A stretch of 64,000 nt of DNA from an uncultured Gemmatimonadaceae bacterium. Its GTDB lineage: Bacteria > Gemmatimonadota > Gemmatimonadetes > Gemmatimonadales > Gemmatimonadaceae. Position 1 is the first letter of the stretch; the number at the start of each line of letters is the position of its first letter. Of the stretch, positions 9,229 through 20,475 are shown one piece after another. Under the pieces are notes generated by a model. It was not told the DNA's origin. It saw only the letters and a program-made list of their open reading frames with translations, and searched no databases. The stretch spans positions 1,152,001 to 1,216,000 of the forward strand of contig CAWJMB010000002.1 of NCBI GenBank assembly GCA_963843845.1, in the 5' to 3' direction. A program made the position numbers and the translations under genes.

Positions 9229-12146
9229 CCATGTGATCGAACGCCCGCCACCACCCGCGGAACATCGGCTCGTTCGTGAACAGCACGATGTGGCCGCGCC
9301 CGAGCGGCTCCTCGACGACCAGCGCGGTGTTGCGGAGGAGCCGCTCGGTGTCGTTCGGGAAGGTGAAGCCGGCGCGGTAGAAGGCGCCGCTCGAGGGAAA
9401 GACGGCGACGTTCGTACCCTCTCTCGTGAGGGCCAGGAAGTCGCGACCGCCGACGAGCGCGGTGAGGCGCGCCGTCGTGTAGCCGTAGGTGAGCCAGTGC
9501 GTGCGGTCGAGGACGACGTCGAAGTTGCTGCCGGGCACGGGCTGCGGCCGGCTCGCCGACGCGCCCGGGCTCGTGACCGCGAGCAGGTCATCGTTCGGCA
9601 GGGCACCAGGCGCCGGGATGTTCTTCTTCGCGGCGCTGTCGGCCGCAGGCTTGTCGGCCGGCTTCTCACTCTTCGCGTCGTCGCCCCTCCCGACGCTTCC
9701 GGCGGTTCCGCTCCCGACGACGCGCGCGCTCGTCAGCGAGACGTCCTCGCGCGCCGCCCACGACGTGGCGCCCCCCATCGTGACGAGCGTGCCGCCGTTG
9801 CGAACCCACGTTCGGAGTCGCTCCGCGCCGTCCTTGCCGAGCCGCTCGCCGTAGCCATAGCCGTCGGGGAGCACGAGCACGGTGAAGCGCGACAGGTCGC
9901 CGCCCAGCGCGTTCCAGTTCACGTGCACGAAGTCGACGTTGTAGCGGCGGTCGAGGTTCCACCACAGCGCGCCGTACCCCGTCTGCGACGTTCCCTCGTC
10001 GCCGAGTACCGCGACGCGCGGGCGCTTGAGCCCGACGACCTGGCCGGCGCCGATGCCGAGCTGGGCCTGCTCGGTGTAGGCGGACGCGACCGCGACCACA
10101 GGAACGCCGGCCCACCGCGCGAGCGAGTCGATGTGTGCGTGCAGCGTCGAGGCGTTGCGCGACACGCGGATGACGTACGTGCCGCGCGGCCAGCCGCGTC
10201 CGCCCGCCTCGATCGTGTCGGTCGCGACCTCGACACGATAGCCGTCGGCGAGCAGCCGGAACGCGAGCCGGCTCGCCCCGCTGCGCTCGGGGCCGAACAG
10301 ATACGCCGATCCGGCGCGCGTGCCGCCGACGACGCCGCCGTCGACGGTCACCGGCAGCGGCTCGGCGCCGAACGAGCGCGCGACGGTCGGGGCGGCGGGG
10401 CCCAGCAGCGCCGTCGGCGCGGCGGTGCTCGCCGCGGCGCTCGCGAGCGTGGGGCCGGGAAGCGGGTCGCCGTCCGGATGCGCGAGCAGCGTGCCGGCGA
10501 CGGGCGTCGCGTCCTCGGTCCACCAGACCGGCACACCGAACGCGATCGGCAGCGACCACGCGGTGATGTCGTAGAACTCGTACCCCTCGCGCACGCCGGA
10601 CGCGCCGCGGCGGGCGTTCCGTGCGGCGCGGTCGCGCTGCGTCGCGCGCGAACACGGAGTCGAGTCTCGCCGCGGGCTCGAGGATCGCGTTGGCGAGCTT
10701 GCCTAACGGCTGCGCGAGGTCGACGACATACGCGCCGGCGTCGAATCGGCGCGTCGTCGCGACCGCGTCAGGGAGCGAGCCCGGCCCGAAGGCGTGGGCG
10801 CGCGCGCTCTGGAACGACGCCGTCGCGCGTCGCACTTCGATGCCGGCGCGGACGAGCGCGGCGGCCAACTCCGCCGCACGCTGCGGATCGCTCGGCGCAT
10901 CGAACACGTAGCGCCGCACGCGCCCGGTCGTGCCCTCGGCGACGGCCTGCCGACGGAACGCGACGTAGTCGCGCACGCGCTCGGCGGCGCGCCCCGCGGT
11001 CGCCTCGATCGTCGCCATCGCGGCGACCCAGTGCTTGGCGATCCCGTCGCGGAAGGAGACGCGCGATCCGTCCTCGCGCTCCCACAGCAATCCCTTCCAC
11101 CCGCCGCCGTCGGTCTCGTACGTCATCCCGGTGGCGCCCGTGAGCGACGGCCATGTGTCCCAGTAGCCGGGGTAGTAGAGATCGAACTCGCTGCGCACGA
11201 AATACATCCAGCCGTAGCGGTCGAATGCCGCCGCGTTCGCGCGGCCGACCACGTCGAGCCACTTCTGCGACTGGGCGAGGATGTTCTCGTTGACGGGGCG
11301 GGCGGCGGGCGGGAAGAAGTACGTCTCGACCTGCCCGTGCTGGTCCACGGCGACCGTGGGATGCCAGCGCAGCATGCCGCGCATCAGTGCGCGGACTTCG
11401 GGCTGCGTGCTGGCGAGGACGTCGCGATTCATGTCGAAGCGGTAGTGGTTGAACCGCCCCTGAATCGACCACGGCTCGTCGTGCTCGAACGCGTCGTTGT
11501 TCGGATCGCTGCGTGCGACCGAGTTGTACCAGACGGTGAATCGCTCGTGCCCGTCCGGATTCGTGCTCGGATTGATGACGATGATCGCGGTGCGTAGCGC
11601 GGCGAGCGTCGCCGGCTCGTCGCTCGCCGCGAGCTGATAGAGCAGCTGCATCCCGCTCTCGAAGCCCGGCGACTCGTTGCCGTGCACGCTCTCGTTGATC
11701 CAGATGACCGCCGGCGTGCGAGCGGCGAGCGCGTCGGCGTCGGCGACGCTCATCGTGCGCGGGTCGGCGAGCCGGTCGAGGTCGGCGCGGATCGCGTCGA
11801 GCCGTGCGATGTTCTCCGGCGCGCTCACGACGTAGAGCCGCATCCGCCGCCCCTCGTGTGTCGCGCCGATCTCCTCGACGCGCACGCGATCCGTCGCCGC
11901 GTCCGCGATCGCGCGCAGCACCCGCTCCTGCTCCGCGAACTGCGTGTTCCGGTCGCCCATCGAGTAGCCGAGGACGGCATCGGGGCGCGGGACGGCCGGG
12001 CGGTACGGACCGCGTCCGTAGAACGAGAAGGTGCGCGAGTCGCGGAGCGAGTCGGTGAGCGCGGCGCCGATCGGGGGCTGCGCGGCAGCGGTCGCCGCGG
12101 CGAGACCCAGCGCGCCGATCGTCAGACAGACGGACCGAACGTTCAT
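9194..12146 (-). CDS. M14 zinc carboxypeptidase with C-terminal class I glutamine-amidotransferase-like domain (indel near 10600-10640)
   Basis: SVHGNE, NPDG, DMNRD and DQH zinc motifs in ORF 9666..12170; the C-terminal half (FYDITAWSLP...WVRNGGTLV...PMFRGWW) is in ORF 9194..10594. Confidence 0.85.
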
Positions 12147-12207
12147 GCAGAATCGATTGAGGAGAGCCACGGTCGCGAATCGCTTCGCTCGACGGGCAGC
12201 CGACGAC

Positions 12208-13039
12208 TCACTGCTTCCGGAACGCGTGCTCGAGGCTCAGGTAGACGAACACGCCGGTCTCCGCGCGCTCCGACGAGTGGCGCGGAATCGTGATCGGCAC
12301 GGCCAGCCCGGGCACGATCTGCAACCCGGACGGCGTATCGATCGCGAAGCGGAAGCCCGGGTTCGACCGTGAACAGCTGCGCGTGCCCGACCGGCAGTCC
12401 CGCCACGCGGGTCGCGGTGTGCGAGTACAGCGCCTCGAGCATGAGGTTGAACGTCGGGCTCGGCAGGAAGATCAGGCTCTGGCCGAGCAGCAGGTTGCGG
12501 AGGTCGCTGCGCCGCCCGTCGCTCGTGCGGCCACGCGGGACCACCGTGCCGCCGAGGTTCGAGTGCGTCACCCAGTGTGACGACAGCTCGAGCGTGACCG
12601 GCAGGTTCGCCTGCACGCCGAGCCCGCCCGCGCCGCTCTCTCGCCGCGCGCTCCCGGTGGGGAGCACGAGCGACAGCCGCGGGGCGACGAGGACGCCATC
12701 CCGGTCTCGCGCCTGCAGGCGGTAGTTGAGCGCGAGGTCGCCGACGCGCGCCGACTGGCCGGGGCCCTCGGGGCGCAGCACGGCCGCCGTGTAGCTGAGC
12801 TGGTGCCGCTGCCCCGGCGCCGGCCATTCCTGCGTGAACGTGTACAGCCAGCCACGCCCGTCGAGCGCACGCGCGAAGGTGCTGACGTGCTGAACGACGC
12901 CGAACTCCTGGTTGTACGCCTCCTCGACGAGGAAGCTGTTGTCCTCGATCGGCGCGGGCGATGTGGTGGTGTCGCGCGGCAGGGGAGCGCCGAGCGCGAG
13001 GGGGGCGACCGCGGCGGCAGCAGCGAGCAGAAGGAGCAT
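12208..13039 (-). CDS. Predicted outer-membrane beta-barrel 'transporter' protein (indel near 12355)
   Basis: Signal peptide, IEDNSFLVEEAYNQE motif, amphipathic strands. After a frame switch the C-terminus reads ...GVFVYLSLEHAFRKQ* (stop 12208-12210). Confidence 0.65.
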
Positions 13040-13049
13040 GGGGGGAGGG

Positions 13050-15045
13050 CTAGAACTCGATCTGCGTCCCCAGCTCGACGACGCGGTTCGGCGGGATGCC
13101 GAAGAACTCGGTCGCCGAGCGGGCGTTCCGGGCCATGACCACGAACAGCTTCTTGCGCCACCGCACCATGCGCCCTTCCCCGCTGGGGATGAGCCGCTCG
13201 CGGCCGAGGTAGAACGAGGTCTCGGCGGGGCGCGTACGCACCCCGCGCGTGTTCAGGAAGCGCATGATGTCGGGAACGTTCGGCGTCTCCATGAACCCGT
13301 AGGTCGCCGTCACGCGGAAGAAGCCGTGGCCCAACGGTTCGACCTGGAGCGTCTCTTCCTCGTCGACGTCCGGGACGTCGGCGGTCTTCACGGAAAGCAG
13401 CACGACCTGCTGGTGAAGCACCTTGTTGTGCTTCAGGTGGTGCAGCAGGACGACCGGCGCGCCGGCATTGCTCGACGTCATGAACACCGCCGTTCCCGGC
13501 ACGCGCGGCGGCTTCCGGCGGGCGACGTCGTCGAGGAACATGTCGATCGGCAGCGTGCCGCGCACGAGGAAGTCGTGCAGGATCGCCCGCCCGCGGTTCC
13601 ACGTCGTCATGAGCAGGAACACGAGCCCCGCCACGCCGAGCGGCACCCACCCACCGTGCGGCACCTTGAGCAGATTCGCGCCGAGGAAGAGCAGGTCGAT
13701 GAAGAGGAATCCGATGAGGAATACGCGTGCCTTCAGCTTCGACCAGCCGAACCGCTGCCGCGCGATGACGACGAAGAGCGTCGTCGTGATCGCCATCGTC
13801 GCCGTGACCGCGACGCCGTAGGTCGCTGCGAGTGCGGAGGCGGAGCGGAAGGTGACGACGAGCAGCAGCGTGCCGATGGCGAGCGCCTTGTTCACCTCGG
13901 GGATGTAGATCTGCCCCGCCTGCTCGTGCGACGTGTGCACGATCTTGAGGCGCGGGGTGTAGCCGAGCTGGATCGCCTGCTGCGTGAGCGAGAAGGCGCC
14001 GGAGATGAGGGCCTGCGACGCGACGCAGCGCGGCGAGCGTGGCGATGACGAGCAACGGAATCTGGAGCGACGCCGGCGCGAGCAGGTAGAACGGGTTCTC
14101 GATCGCCGACGGCTCACGGAGCAGGAGCGCGCCCTGCCCGAAGTAGTTCAGCAGCAGGCAGGGCAGCACGAGCCCGAACCACGCGAGCCGGATCGGCTTG
14201 CGCCCGAAGTGCCCCATGTCGGCGTAGAGCGCCTCGCCGCCGGTGATGACGAGCACCACCGCGCCGAGCACGACGAACGAGCGCTGCGGGTGGTCGATGA
14301 AGAACGAGACCGCGTTCCACGGGTTCAGCGCGCCGAGGACGACGCCGGGGTGCTGCACGACCTCCGCGATCCCGAGCGCGGCGATCGTGACGAACCAGAC
14401 GAGCATGATCCACCCGAACATCCCGCCGACCTTCGCCGTTCCCTTGTACTGGAAGGAGAAGAGCGTCGCGATGATGCCGAACGCGATCGGCACGACGAAG
14501 CGTGTGAGCGTCGGCGCGATGACTTTCAGTCCGTCGACCGCACCCAACACCGAGACGGCGGGGGTGATGATGCCGTCGCCGTACAGGAAGGCGCCGCCGA
14601 ACAATCCGATCGTGATGAGGAACGTGCGGCGCCACCGGTCTGCGTCGCGCTGCTGCCGCTGCATGATGAGCGCGAGCAGCGCGAACACGCCCCCCTCGCC
14701 TTTGTTGTCCGCGCGAAGAATGAACGTCACGTACTTCACGCTCACGATCAGCACGAGCGACCAGACGATCAGCGACAGGATGCCGTAGACGTTCGCGACC
14801 GTCGGCGTGAGGCCGAACTCGCTGCGGAAGCACTCCTGGATCGAATAGAGCGGACTCGTGCCGATGTCGCCGAACACGACGCCGAGCGCCGTGAGCGTGA
14901 GCACGGCGAGCTGCCGCCCCTGCGGGTTCTCGCCCGGCCGGTGGTGCGTCGCTGCGTGCAGTGGGGCGGCTGCCGCGTGCTCCACGGTCGGCGTGGTGGC
15001 GGGCTGCGGCGGCGGCTCGGCGGACGGCTCGGACTCGGTCGGCAT
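13050..15045 (-). CDS. kup: Kup/HAK/KT potassium transporter (indel near 14025)
   Basis: LGVVFGDIGTSPLY, ADNKGEGG, DGIITPAVSVLGAVDG, TGGEALYADMGHFG; second frame ASQALISG, GQIYIP, HNKVLH, YGFME, RVVELGTQIEF. Confidence 0.95.
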
Positions 15046-15205
15046 GACGCGAATGATAGGAGGTGCGGCGAACGCACGTCATCCACACGTCGTGCCGCGG
15101 CCATCGATTCTTCGTCGACCGGGGCGTCTCTCGCAGGCGCCGCGTGGTCCGACCGGGTCGACGCGGCGTGGCCCGGTCGAGCTCGTGGTGCGTCGAGACG
15201 AGCGG

Positions 15206-15577
15206 CTAACGCTGCGCGCTGCTGTCGCGCGCCATGCGAGCGACGTAGCCGGCGAACTTCTCCTGCTGCACCGTGTTGAGCAGGGTCGCGATCTGCCGTC
15301 GCGCGTCGTCGCGCGCGGCGCGCAGCTGCGGCCGGACGGGCGCGACCAGCGAGTCCATCACACGGTTGCGGCCGGCGAGGATCGAATCGACGGCGGCGCG
15401 CTGCGTCGTCGAGAGCTCGAGCTCCTCGGCGAAGGCGTCGGTCGACGCGCCGTCGTGGTCGACTTTCGCCGTCGACCGACCGGCGAGCATCATCCGGTCG
15501 GCCGCGTAGCCGACCGTCCCGCCGACGAGAAAGGCGCCGACGAGAAACGCGGCGGCGAGCTGCTGAGGCCGTTGCAC
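15206..15577 (-). CDS. Small exported helical protein, Spy/CpxP-like
   Basis: GTG start, hydrophobic N-terminus (AFLVGAFLVGG), ELELSTTQRAAV and LLNTVQQEKF (LTxxQ-like) motifs. Confidence 0.65.
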   Translation of the reverse strand: MQRPQQLAAAFLVGAFLVGGTVGYAADRMMLAGRSTAKVDHDGASTDAFAEELELSTTQRAAVDSILAGRNRVMDSLVAPVRPQLRAARDDARRQIATLLNTVQQEKFAGYVARMARDSSAQR

Positions 15578-15587
15578 TGCCGGTCGG

Positions 15588-16187
15588 TCAGGGAATGACC
15601 GCGCTGAAGACCGAATCGCGGTTCGCGCGCAGCGACTCCTCGTCGAGGAACTGGCGCGCCGCGGCACGTTCGGCGGCGGCGGCGGCGTCGAACTGGAGCG
15701 ACGGCACGCGACGGCGACTCTGCACGCCGTCGGAGAGCAGCTCGGCGGCCGCGCGCGCCTCACGGCGCACCTCGGCGGACGCGTCGGCGGGCGCCCACGG
15801 ATCGCTCGCGCGTGCGAGATCTTCGTCGAGCGGCTCGAGCACCGAGCGCGCCGCGAGGTCGCGCCGGGCGCCCTGCGTCTGCAGCGTGACGCCGCCCACG
15901 ACGCCGAGGATCACGGCCGCGGCGGCGAGGCCGGGGCGCGCCCAGGCGGCCAGCGTGTGCCACCACTCGACGGCGGCCGTCGGACCCGCACGCACGGCGG
16001 CCATGATCGTCGCCTCGAGCCCGTCCCAGTAGCCATCGCCGGGCGCGGCGTAGAGCGAGCGCATGCGGCGGGCGAGGGCAGGATCGAGCGGCTCTGCGTT
16101 CGGCTGCGGTGCTACGCTGTCTGCGCGTGCTGCACGATCGGCTGCACTATCGAGCTCGCCGCGAACGACGCGGAAGCGACGCATCAA
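15588..16187 (-). CDS. Putative anti-sigma factor (single TM)
   Basis: Overlaps the ECF sigma stop; YWDGLEATI N-domain, EWW, then a TM (LAAAAVILGVVGG). Confidence 0.6.
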   Translation of the reverse strand: MMRRFRVVRGELDSAADRAARADSVAPQPNAEPLDPALARRMRSLYAAPGDGYWDGLEATIMAAVRAGPTAAVEWWHTLAAWARPGLAAAAVILGVVGGVTLQTQGARRDLAARSVLEPLDEDLARASDPWAPADASAEVRREARAAAELLSDGVQSRRRVPSLQFDAAAAAERAAARQFLDEESLRANRDSVFSAVIP

Positions 16188-16822
16188 AGGTCCTCTCGCA
16201 CATCCCCCAGCAGACGACGGAGCTGGGCGCGCGCGTGGTGCAGGTCTGACCGAGCGGTTCCCTCGGGGATTCCGAGCATCGAGCCGATCTCGGCGTGCTT
16301 GAACCCCTCGACGTCATGCAAGACGATGACCGCCCGCTGCCGCGCGCCGAGCGACGCCATCGCCGTCCGGAGGCGCGTGCGCAGCTCGAGCGACTCGGCC
16401 GGATCGCGTGACGGGCGCGGGGAGGCGACCGTCTCGGGCAGCTCGTCCGCGTCGCGGACCTTGCGGCGCCGCGCGATGTCGAGCGCCGCGTTCGCGACGA
16501 TGCGGTGCAGCCACGCCCCGAACGCCTGCTCCGGACGGAACCGGTCGAGCGCGCGGTACGAGTGCAGGAAGCCTTCCTGAACGGCGTCCTCGGCGTCCTC
16601 GTGCGTCATCACGATCGCACGGGCGACGGCATACGCGCGGCGCTGGTGCAGCCGCACGAGGCCGGCGAACGCCTGCGCGTCGCCGGCCTGCGCCGCGAGC
16701 ACGAGCGCGCGTTCGGCGAGCGCGGCGTCGCTGACGGGCGCCGGTGGCGCGAAGACGGTCCGCGGGGCATCGGCGACAGGTGCACCGAGACCGAACGGGA
16801 GGGCGAGCGCAGGGACGGTCAT
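16184..16822 (-). CDS. ECF-family RNA polymerase sigma factor
   Basis: AQAGDAQAF, DAEDAVQEGF, FGAWLHRIVAN, region 4 EIGSMLGIPEGTARSDLHHAR. Confidence 0.95.
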   Translation of the reverse strand: MTVPALALPFGLGAPVADAPRTVFAPPAPVSDAALAERALVLAAQAGDAQAFAGLVRLHQRRAYAVARAIVMTHEDAEDAVQEGFLHSYRALDRFRPEQAFGAWLHRIVANAALDIARRRKVRDADELPETVASPRPSRDPAESLELRTRLRTAMASLGARQRAVIVLHDVEGFKHAEIGSMLGIPEGTARSDLHHARAQLRRLLGDVREDL

Positions 16823-16853
16823 CCTGGCCAGGCGTGAGGTGTTCGCAACGACG

Positions 16854-16880
16854 TACGCAACGCTCGGGGAGAGCGTTGAC
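16854..16880 (-). promoter_or_regulatory. Candidate ECF-type autoregulatory promoter (GTCAAC-N17-CGTA)
   Basis: Minus strand gtcAAC-gctctccccgagcgttg-CGTA about 30 nt upstream of the sigma ATG; matches the common ECF AAC/CGT architecture. Confidence 0.45.
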
Positions 16881-16917
16881 GGCGGAACGACAGACGAACG
16901 TACGTCCTACAGCGCGA

Positions 16918-17505
16918 TCACAAACCGAGCGCCGCCGATTCGGCGCGCATCGCTTCGATCACGAACGCAATGTGGTCGTTCAAGTCGACGCCGAGCGACT
17001 CGGCGCCCTGAATGACGTCGTCGCGGTTCACGCCGCGCGCGAACGCCTTGTCCTTCATCTTCTTGCGTACCCCCGCCGCGTCCACGTCGACCAGACTGCG
17101 AGAGGGTTTGACGAGCGCCGTGGCGGTGATGAGGCCAGTCAGCTCGTCGACGGCGAACAGGGCTTTCGCCATCGGCGTCGTACGCGGGGTTCCCGTGTAC
17201 TCGGCATGCCCTAAGATCGCCTCCACGACGTCCTCAGGGTAGCCCCGCCGGCGCAGAATCCGCGCACCGGCGCTCGGATGCTCTTCGGTCGCCGACCGAT
17301 CAGCGTTCGGCCAGCGCTCGTAGTCGAAGTCGTGCAGCAGACCGGCGAGCGCCCAGCGGTGCTCGTCCTCGCCGAACTTCCGCGCGTAGGCGCGCATGGC
17401 GGCCTCGACGGCGAGCATGTGCTTGCGGAGGCTCTCGGACTGCGTGTACTCGTGGACGAGGGCGAGGGCGTCGTCGCGGGAGGGGAGCGGGGCGGACGAG
17501 GTCAT
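16918..17505 (-). CDS. HD-domain (HDIG-like) phosphohydrolase
   Basis: LRKHMLAVEAAM, GLLHDFD, AILGHA, ALFAVDELTG, KAFARGVNR. Confidence 0.9.
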   Translation of the reverse strand: MTSSAPLPSRDDALALVHEYTQSESLRKHMLAVEAAMRAYARKFGEDEHRWALAGLLHDFDYERWPNADRSATEEHPSAGARILRRRGYPEDVVEAILGHAEYTGTPRTTPMAKALFAVDELTGLITATALVKPSRSLVDVDAAGVRKKMKDKAFARGVNRDDVIQGAESLGVDLNDHIAFVIEAMRAESAALGL

Positions 17506-19163
17506 CCGCCCAAGCTAACGGCCGCCGTCAGTGCGCGTCGACCGCTACGGCGCGCGCCGCGCCGCTTGCGGAGGATGAACACCGCCGGGATGACGACGAG
17601 GAACGACAGCATGATGAGCAGCCACGCGTCGTTGTACGCGAGCATCGCCGACTGCTTGCGCAGCGTCCCTTCGAGTATCGCGTACGCCTGCTGCTGCGCC
17701 TCGGCGAGCGAGCCGCCGCGCGTGGAGAGACCGGCGACGAGCGCGCGGAAGCGCTCCTCGAACGCCGGGTTGCCGGCGTAGAAGTTCGCCGCGAGGTCGG
17801 CGCGGTGGTACTCGACGTGGCGCGTGAGGTAGGTGCCCAGCACCGCGATGCCGAACGAGCCGCCGAGCTGGCGCGAGAGGTTGATGAGCCCCGCCGCCTG
17901 CTGCGCCTCGTGCGGTTTGAGGCTGGCGAAGGCGACGTTGTTGATCGGCGTGAACAGGAAGCCGAGGGCGAGCCCGCGGATGATGAGGGCCGTGCGCGCG
18001 TCCGCCTCGCCGGCCGCCGTCGTCAGGTGCCCGAGGTCCCACATCGACCAGAGCATGAGCGTCATGCCGATGAGGATCAGGACGCGTGCGTCCGCCTTCG
18101 GCCGGTCGCCGTTCAGCATGAAGCCGCAGAACACCGCGACGATCGCCGTCGCGATGCCGCCGGGCATCATCGACAGCCCCGTCTCGGTCGGGGTGAAGCC
18201 GAGGATCGACTGCGTGAACAGCGGGAAGAGAAACGCGCCGCCGAACAGGCCGAAGCCGAGGATGACGAACAGAAAGATCGACGCGGCGAGGTCGCGGTTC
18301 TTCAGCACGCGGAGCTGAATCACCGGGTGCGTGTTGCGCCGCGAGAGCTGCCACCAGAGCAGCGTCGCGAGCGATCCGACCGAGAGGATCGCGAGGCGGA
18401 GGATCCACGCGTCCGAGAACCAGTCGTTCGCGTTCCCCTCCTCGAGCACGTACTGCAGCGACCCGACGCCGACGATGAGCAGCGTGATGCCGAGCCAGTC
18501 GACGTTCCCCTTCTGCCGCTGCATCTCGGGCGGGTCGTGCAGGAACGTCGTGATGAGGAACGTCGCGACGAGGCCGATGGGGACGTTGATGAAGAAGCAC
18601 CACCCCCACGTGTAGTTGTCGGTGATCCACCCGCCCAACGTCGGGCCCAGCGTCGGCGCGACGATGATGCCCAACAGAAAGATCGCCTGCACGAGCCCCT
18701 GCTCGCGCTGCGGGAAGATCTGTCGCAGCGTCGCCTGCGCGGTCGACAGCAGCGCGGCGCCTCCCGCCCCTTGCAGCAGACGGAACACGACGAGCTCGCC
18801 CAGGCTCGTCGACGTGCCGCAGAGGAACGACGCGACGATGAAGAGCAGGATCGAGAACGTCAGATAATTCTTGCGGCCGAAGCGCGCCGCGAAGAACGCC
18901 GTCATCGGCAGCACGACGACGTTCGCGAGGATGTACGACGTACTGACCCACGCGATCTCCTGCTGCGTCGCGTTGAGGTTCCCCGCCATCTGTGGCAGCG
19001 CGACGTTGATGATCGTCGTGTCGAGGATCTCCATGACGGCCCCGGTGATGAGGCCGAGCAGGATGAACCAGCGGTAGCGCTCGACGTTCGCGAGGTGCGA
19101 CGCCGTCGCGGCCGACGGCGCCGACGTCGGGGCCCCCGCGGCCGGACGGACTGCGGTGCTCAC
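17502..19163 (-). CDS. emrB: DHA2-family MFS efflux permease (EmrB/QacA)
   Basis: LDTTIINVALP, WVSTSY, RLLQG, APTLGPTLGGWI, FFINVPIG, RQLGGSFG. The true end may be ...VDAH* at 17528 after a small indel. Confidence 0.92.
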   Translation of the reverse strand: MSTAVRPAAGAPTSAPSAATASHLANVERYRWFILLGLITGAVMEILDTTIINVALPQMAGNLNATQQEIAWVSTSYILANVVVLPMTAFFAARFGRKNYLTFSILLFIVASFLCGTSTSLGELVVFRLLQGAGGAALLSTAQATLRQIFPQREQGLVQAIFLLGIIVAPTLGPTLGGWITDNYTWGWCFFINVPIGLVATFLITTFLHDPPEMQRQKGNVDWLGITLLIVGVGSLQYVLEEGNANDWFSDAWILRLAILSVGSLATLLWWQLSRRNTHPVIQLRVLKNRDLAASIFLFVILGFGLFGGAFLFPLFTQSILGFTPTETGLSMMPGGIATAIVAVFCGFMLNGDRPKADARVLILIGMTLMLWSMWDLGHLTTAAGEADARTALIIRGLALGFLFTPINNVAFASLKPHEAQQAAGLINLSRQLGGSFGIAVLGTYLTRHVEYHRADLAANFYAGNPAFEERFRALVAGLSTRGGSLAEAQQQAYAILEGTLRKQSAMLAYNDAWLLIMLSFLVVIPAVFILRKRRGARRSGRRALTAAVSLGG

Positions 19164-19170
19164 GGTCGAC

Positions 19171-20346
19171 TCACCGCGTGTCGACGTGCACGTCGACGCT
19201 CATTCCGGGGCGCAGCGGGCGGTCGGGGCCGAGACCGCGCGTGATGCGGATGCGGACGGGGACGCGCTGCACGACCTTCGTGAAGTTGCCGGTCGCGTTG
19301 TCGGGCGGGAGCAGCGCGAAGCGGGCGCCGGTCGCGCTGCTGATGCTCTCGACCGTTCCCTCGACCTCGGCGCCGCCGTACGCGTCGACGTCGGCCTTCA
19401 CGTGCTGACCGACGCGCACGTCGCGGACCTGCGTCTCCTTCATGTTCGCCGTGATCCAGAGACCGGTGTCGGCGACGACGGACATGAGCGTCTGGCCGGG
19501 CGCGACGAGCTGGCCGACCTCGACGCTCTTGCGCGTGACGACGCCCGCGGCCGGCGCGTTGATCCGTGTGTACGTCAGCTGCAACGCGGCGTTCTCGCGC
19601 TGCGCCCTCGCACCCTCCGTGCGCGCCTCGGCGAGGCGCACGCTCGCGCGCGCGTTCTGCACGCCCGCCTGCGCTCCGGTCACGCCGGCGCCGGTCGCGC
19701 TCACGGTGCGTTGCACGGCGAGGAGCTGGGCGCGCGCCGCGGCCTCGGCCGCGCGCACGCCGTCGAGCGCCTGCTGCGAGACGATCTGCTTCGCGGCGAG
19801 ATCTTCGTAGCGGCGCAGGTCGTTCGTCGCCTTGTCGAGGTTCGCGCGCGCGGCCGCGACGTTCGCCTCGCCGGCCGCGGTCTGACTCGACGCGGTCCGT
19901 ACGGCGGCCTGTGTCTGCGCGACCGTGGCGCCGCCACCGCGAGCGGTCGCTTCGGCCGCGGCGAGGTCGGCGTCGGCCTGCGAGAGCCGCACGCGGTACT
20001 CGGCGTCGTCGATCTCGACGAGCGGGGCGCTCGCCGTGACGCGCTGGTTCTCGAGCACGGTCACGGTGCGCACGTAGCCGCCGACTTTCGCGATCACGGG
20101 AACGATGTGTCCGTCGATCTGCGCGTTGTCGGTCGACGCGTGGGCGCGGCTGTAGAGCCACGTCTTGACCCCCCAGCCGGCGGCGACGAGCGCGATCAGC
20201 GCGACGATCGGGAGAATGAACTTCTTCTTCGAGCCCGTCGCCGGCGCGCTCGGCGCGTGCGGGGTGTGGGCGGCGTTCGCCATCGCCGGCGCTGGCGCGT
20301 GCGGCGGGGCGGGACGGTCGGAATCTGGACGTGTGGCGGCGGACAT
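19171..20346 (-). CDS. emrA: HlyD/EmrA membrane fusion protein
   Basis: STDNAQI, coiled coil, ANMKETQ, FALLPPDNATGNFTKVVQRVPVRI, LRPGMS. Confidence 0.95.
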   Translation of the reverse strand: MSAATRPDSDRPAPPHAPAPAMANAAHTPHAPSAPATGSKKKFILPIVALIALVAAGWGVKTWLYSRAHASTDNAQIDGHIVPVIAKVGGYVRTVTVLENQRVTASAPLVEIDDAEYRVRLSQADADLAAAEATARGGGATVAQTQAAVRTASSQTAAGEANVAAARANLDKATNDLRRYEDLAAKQIVSQQALDGVRAAEAAARAQLLAVQRTVSATGAGVTGAQAGVQNARASVRLAEARTEGARAQRENAALQLTYTRINAPAAGVVTRKSVEVGQLVAPGQTLMSVVADTGLWITANMKETQVRDVRVGQHVKADVDAYGGAEVEGTVESISSATGARFALLPPDNATGNFTKVVQRVPVRIRITRGLGPDRPLRPGMSVDVHVDTR

Positions 20347-20475
20347 GTCGGTGACGGTGGCGGCGGCGTTACTGCTGGCTGACGGTTGCCTGACGGCGGT
20401 CGAAGCGCGGTCGACCGGCGGTGGTGCGGAGGTCGGTGCGGCGGACGAGGTGCGGCGGACGAGGTGCGGCGGTCG

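Noticed and set aside
17502..17530. emrB/HD ATGA overlap implying coupling
   Set aside because: EmrB probably ends VDAH* at 17528 after an indel, and the HD gene has its own TAGCTT box.
20347..20475. GGTGCGGCGGACGA tandem repeat between tolC and emrA
   Set aside because: About 2.5 copies, likely local slippage; no evidence of function.
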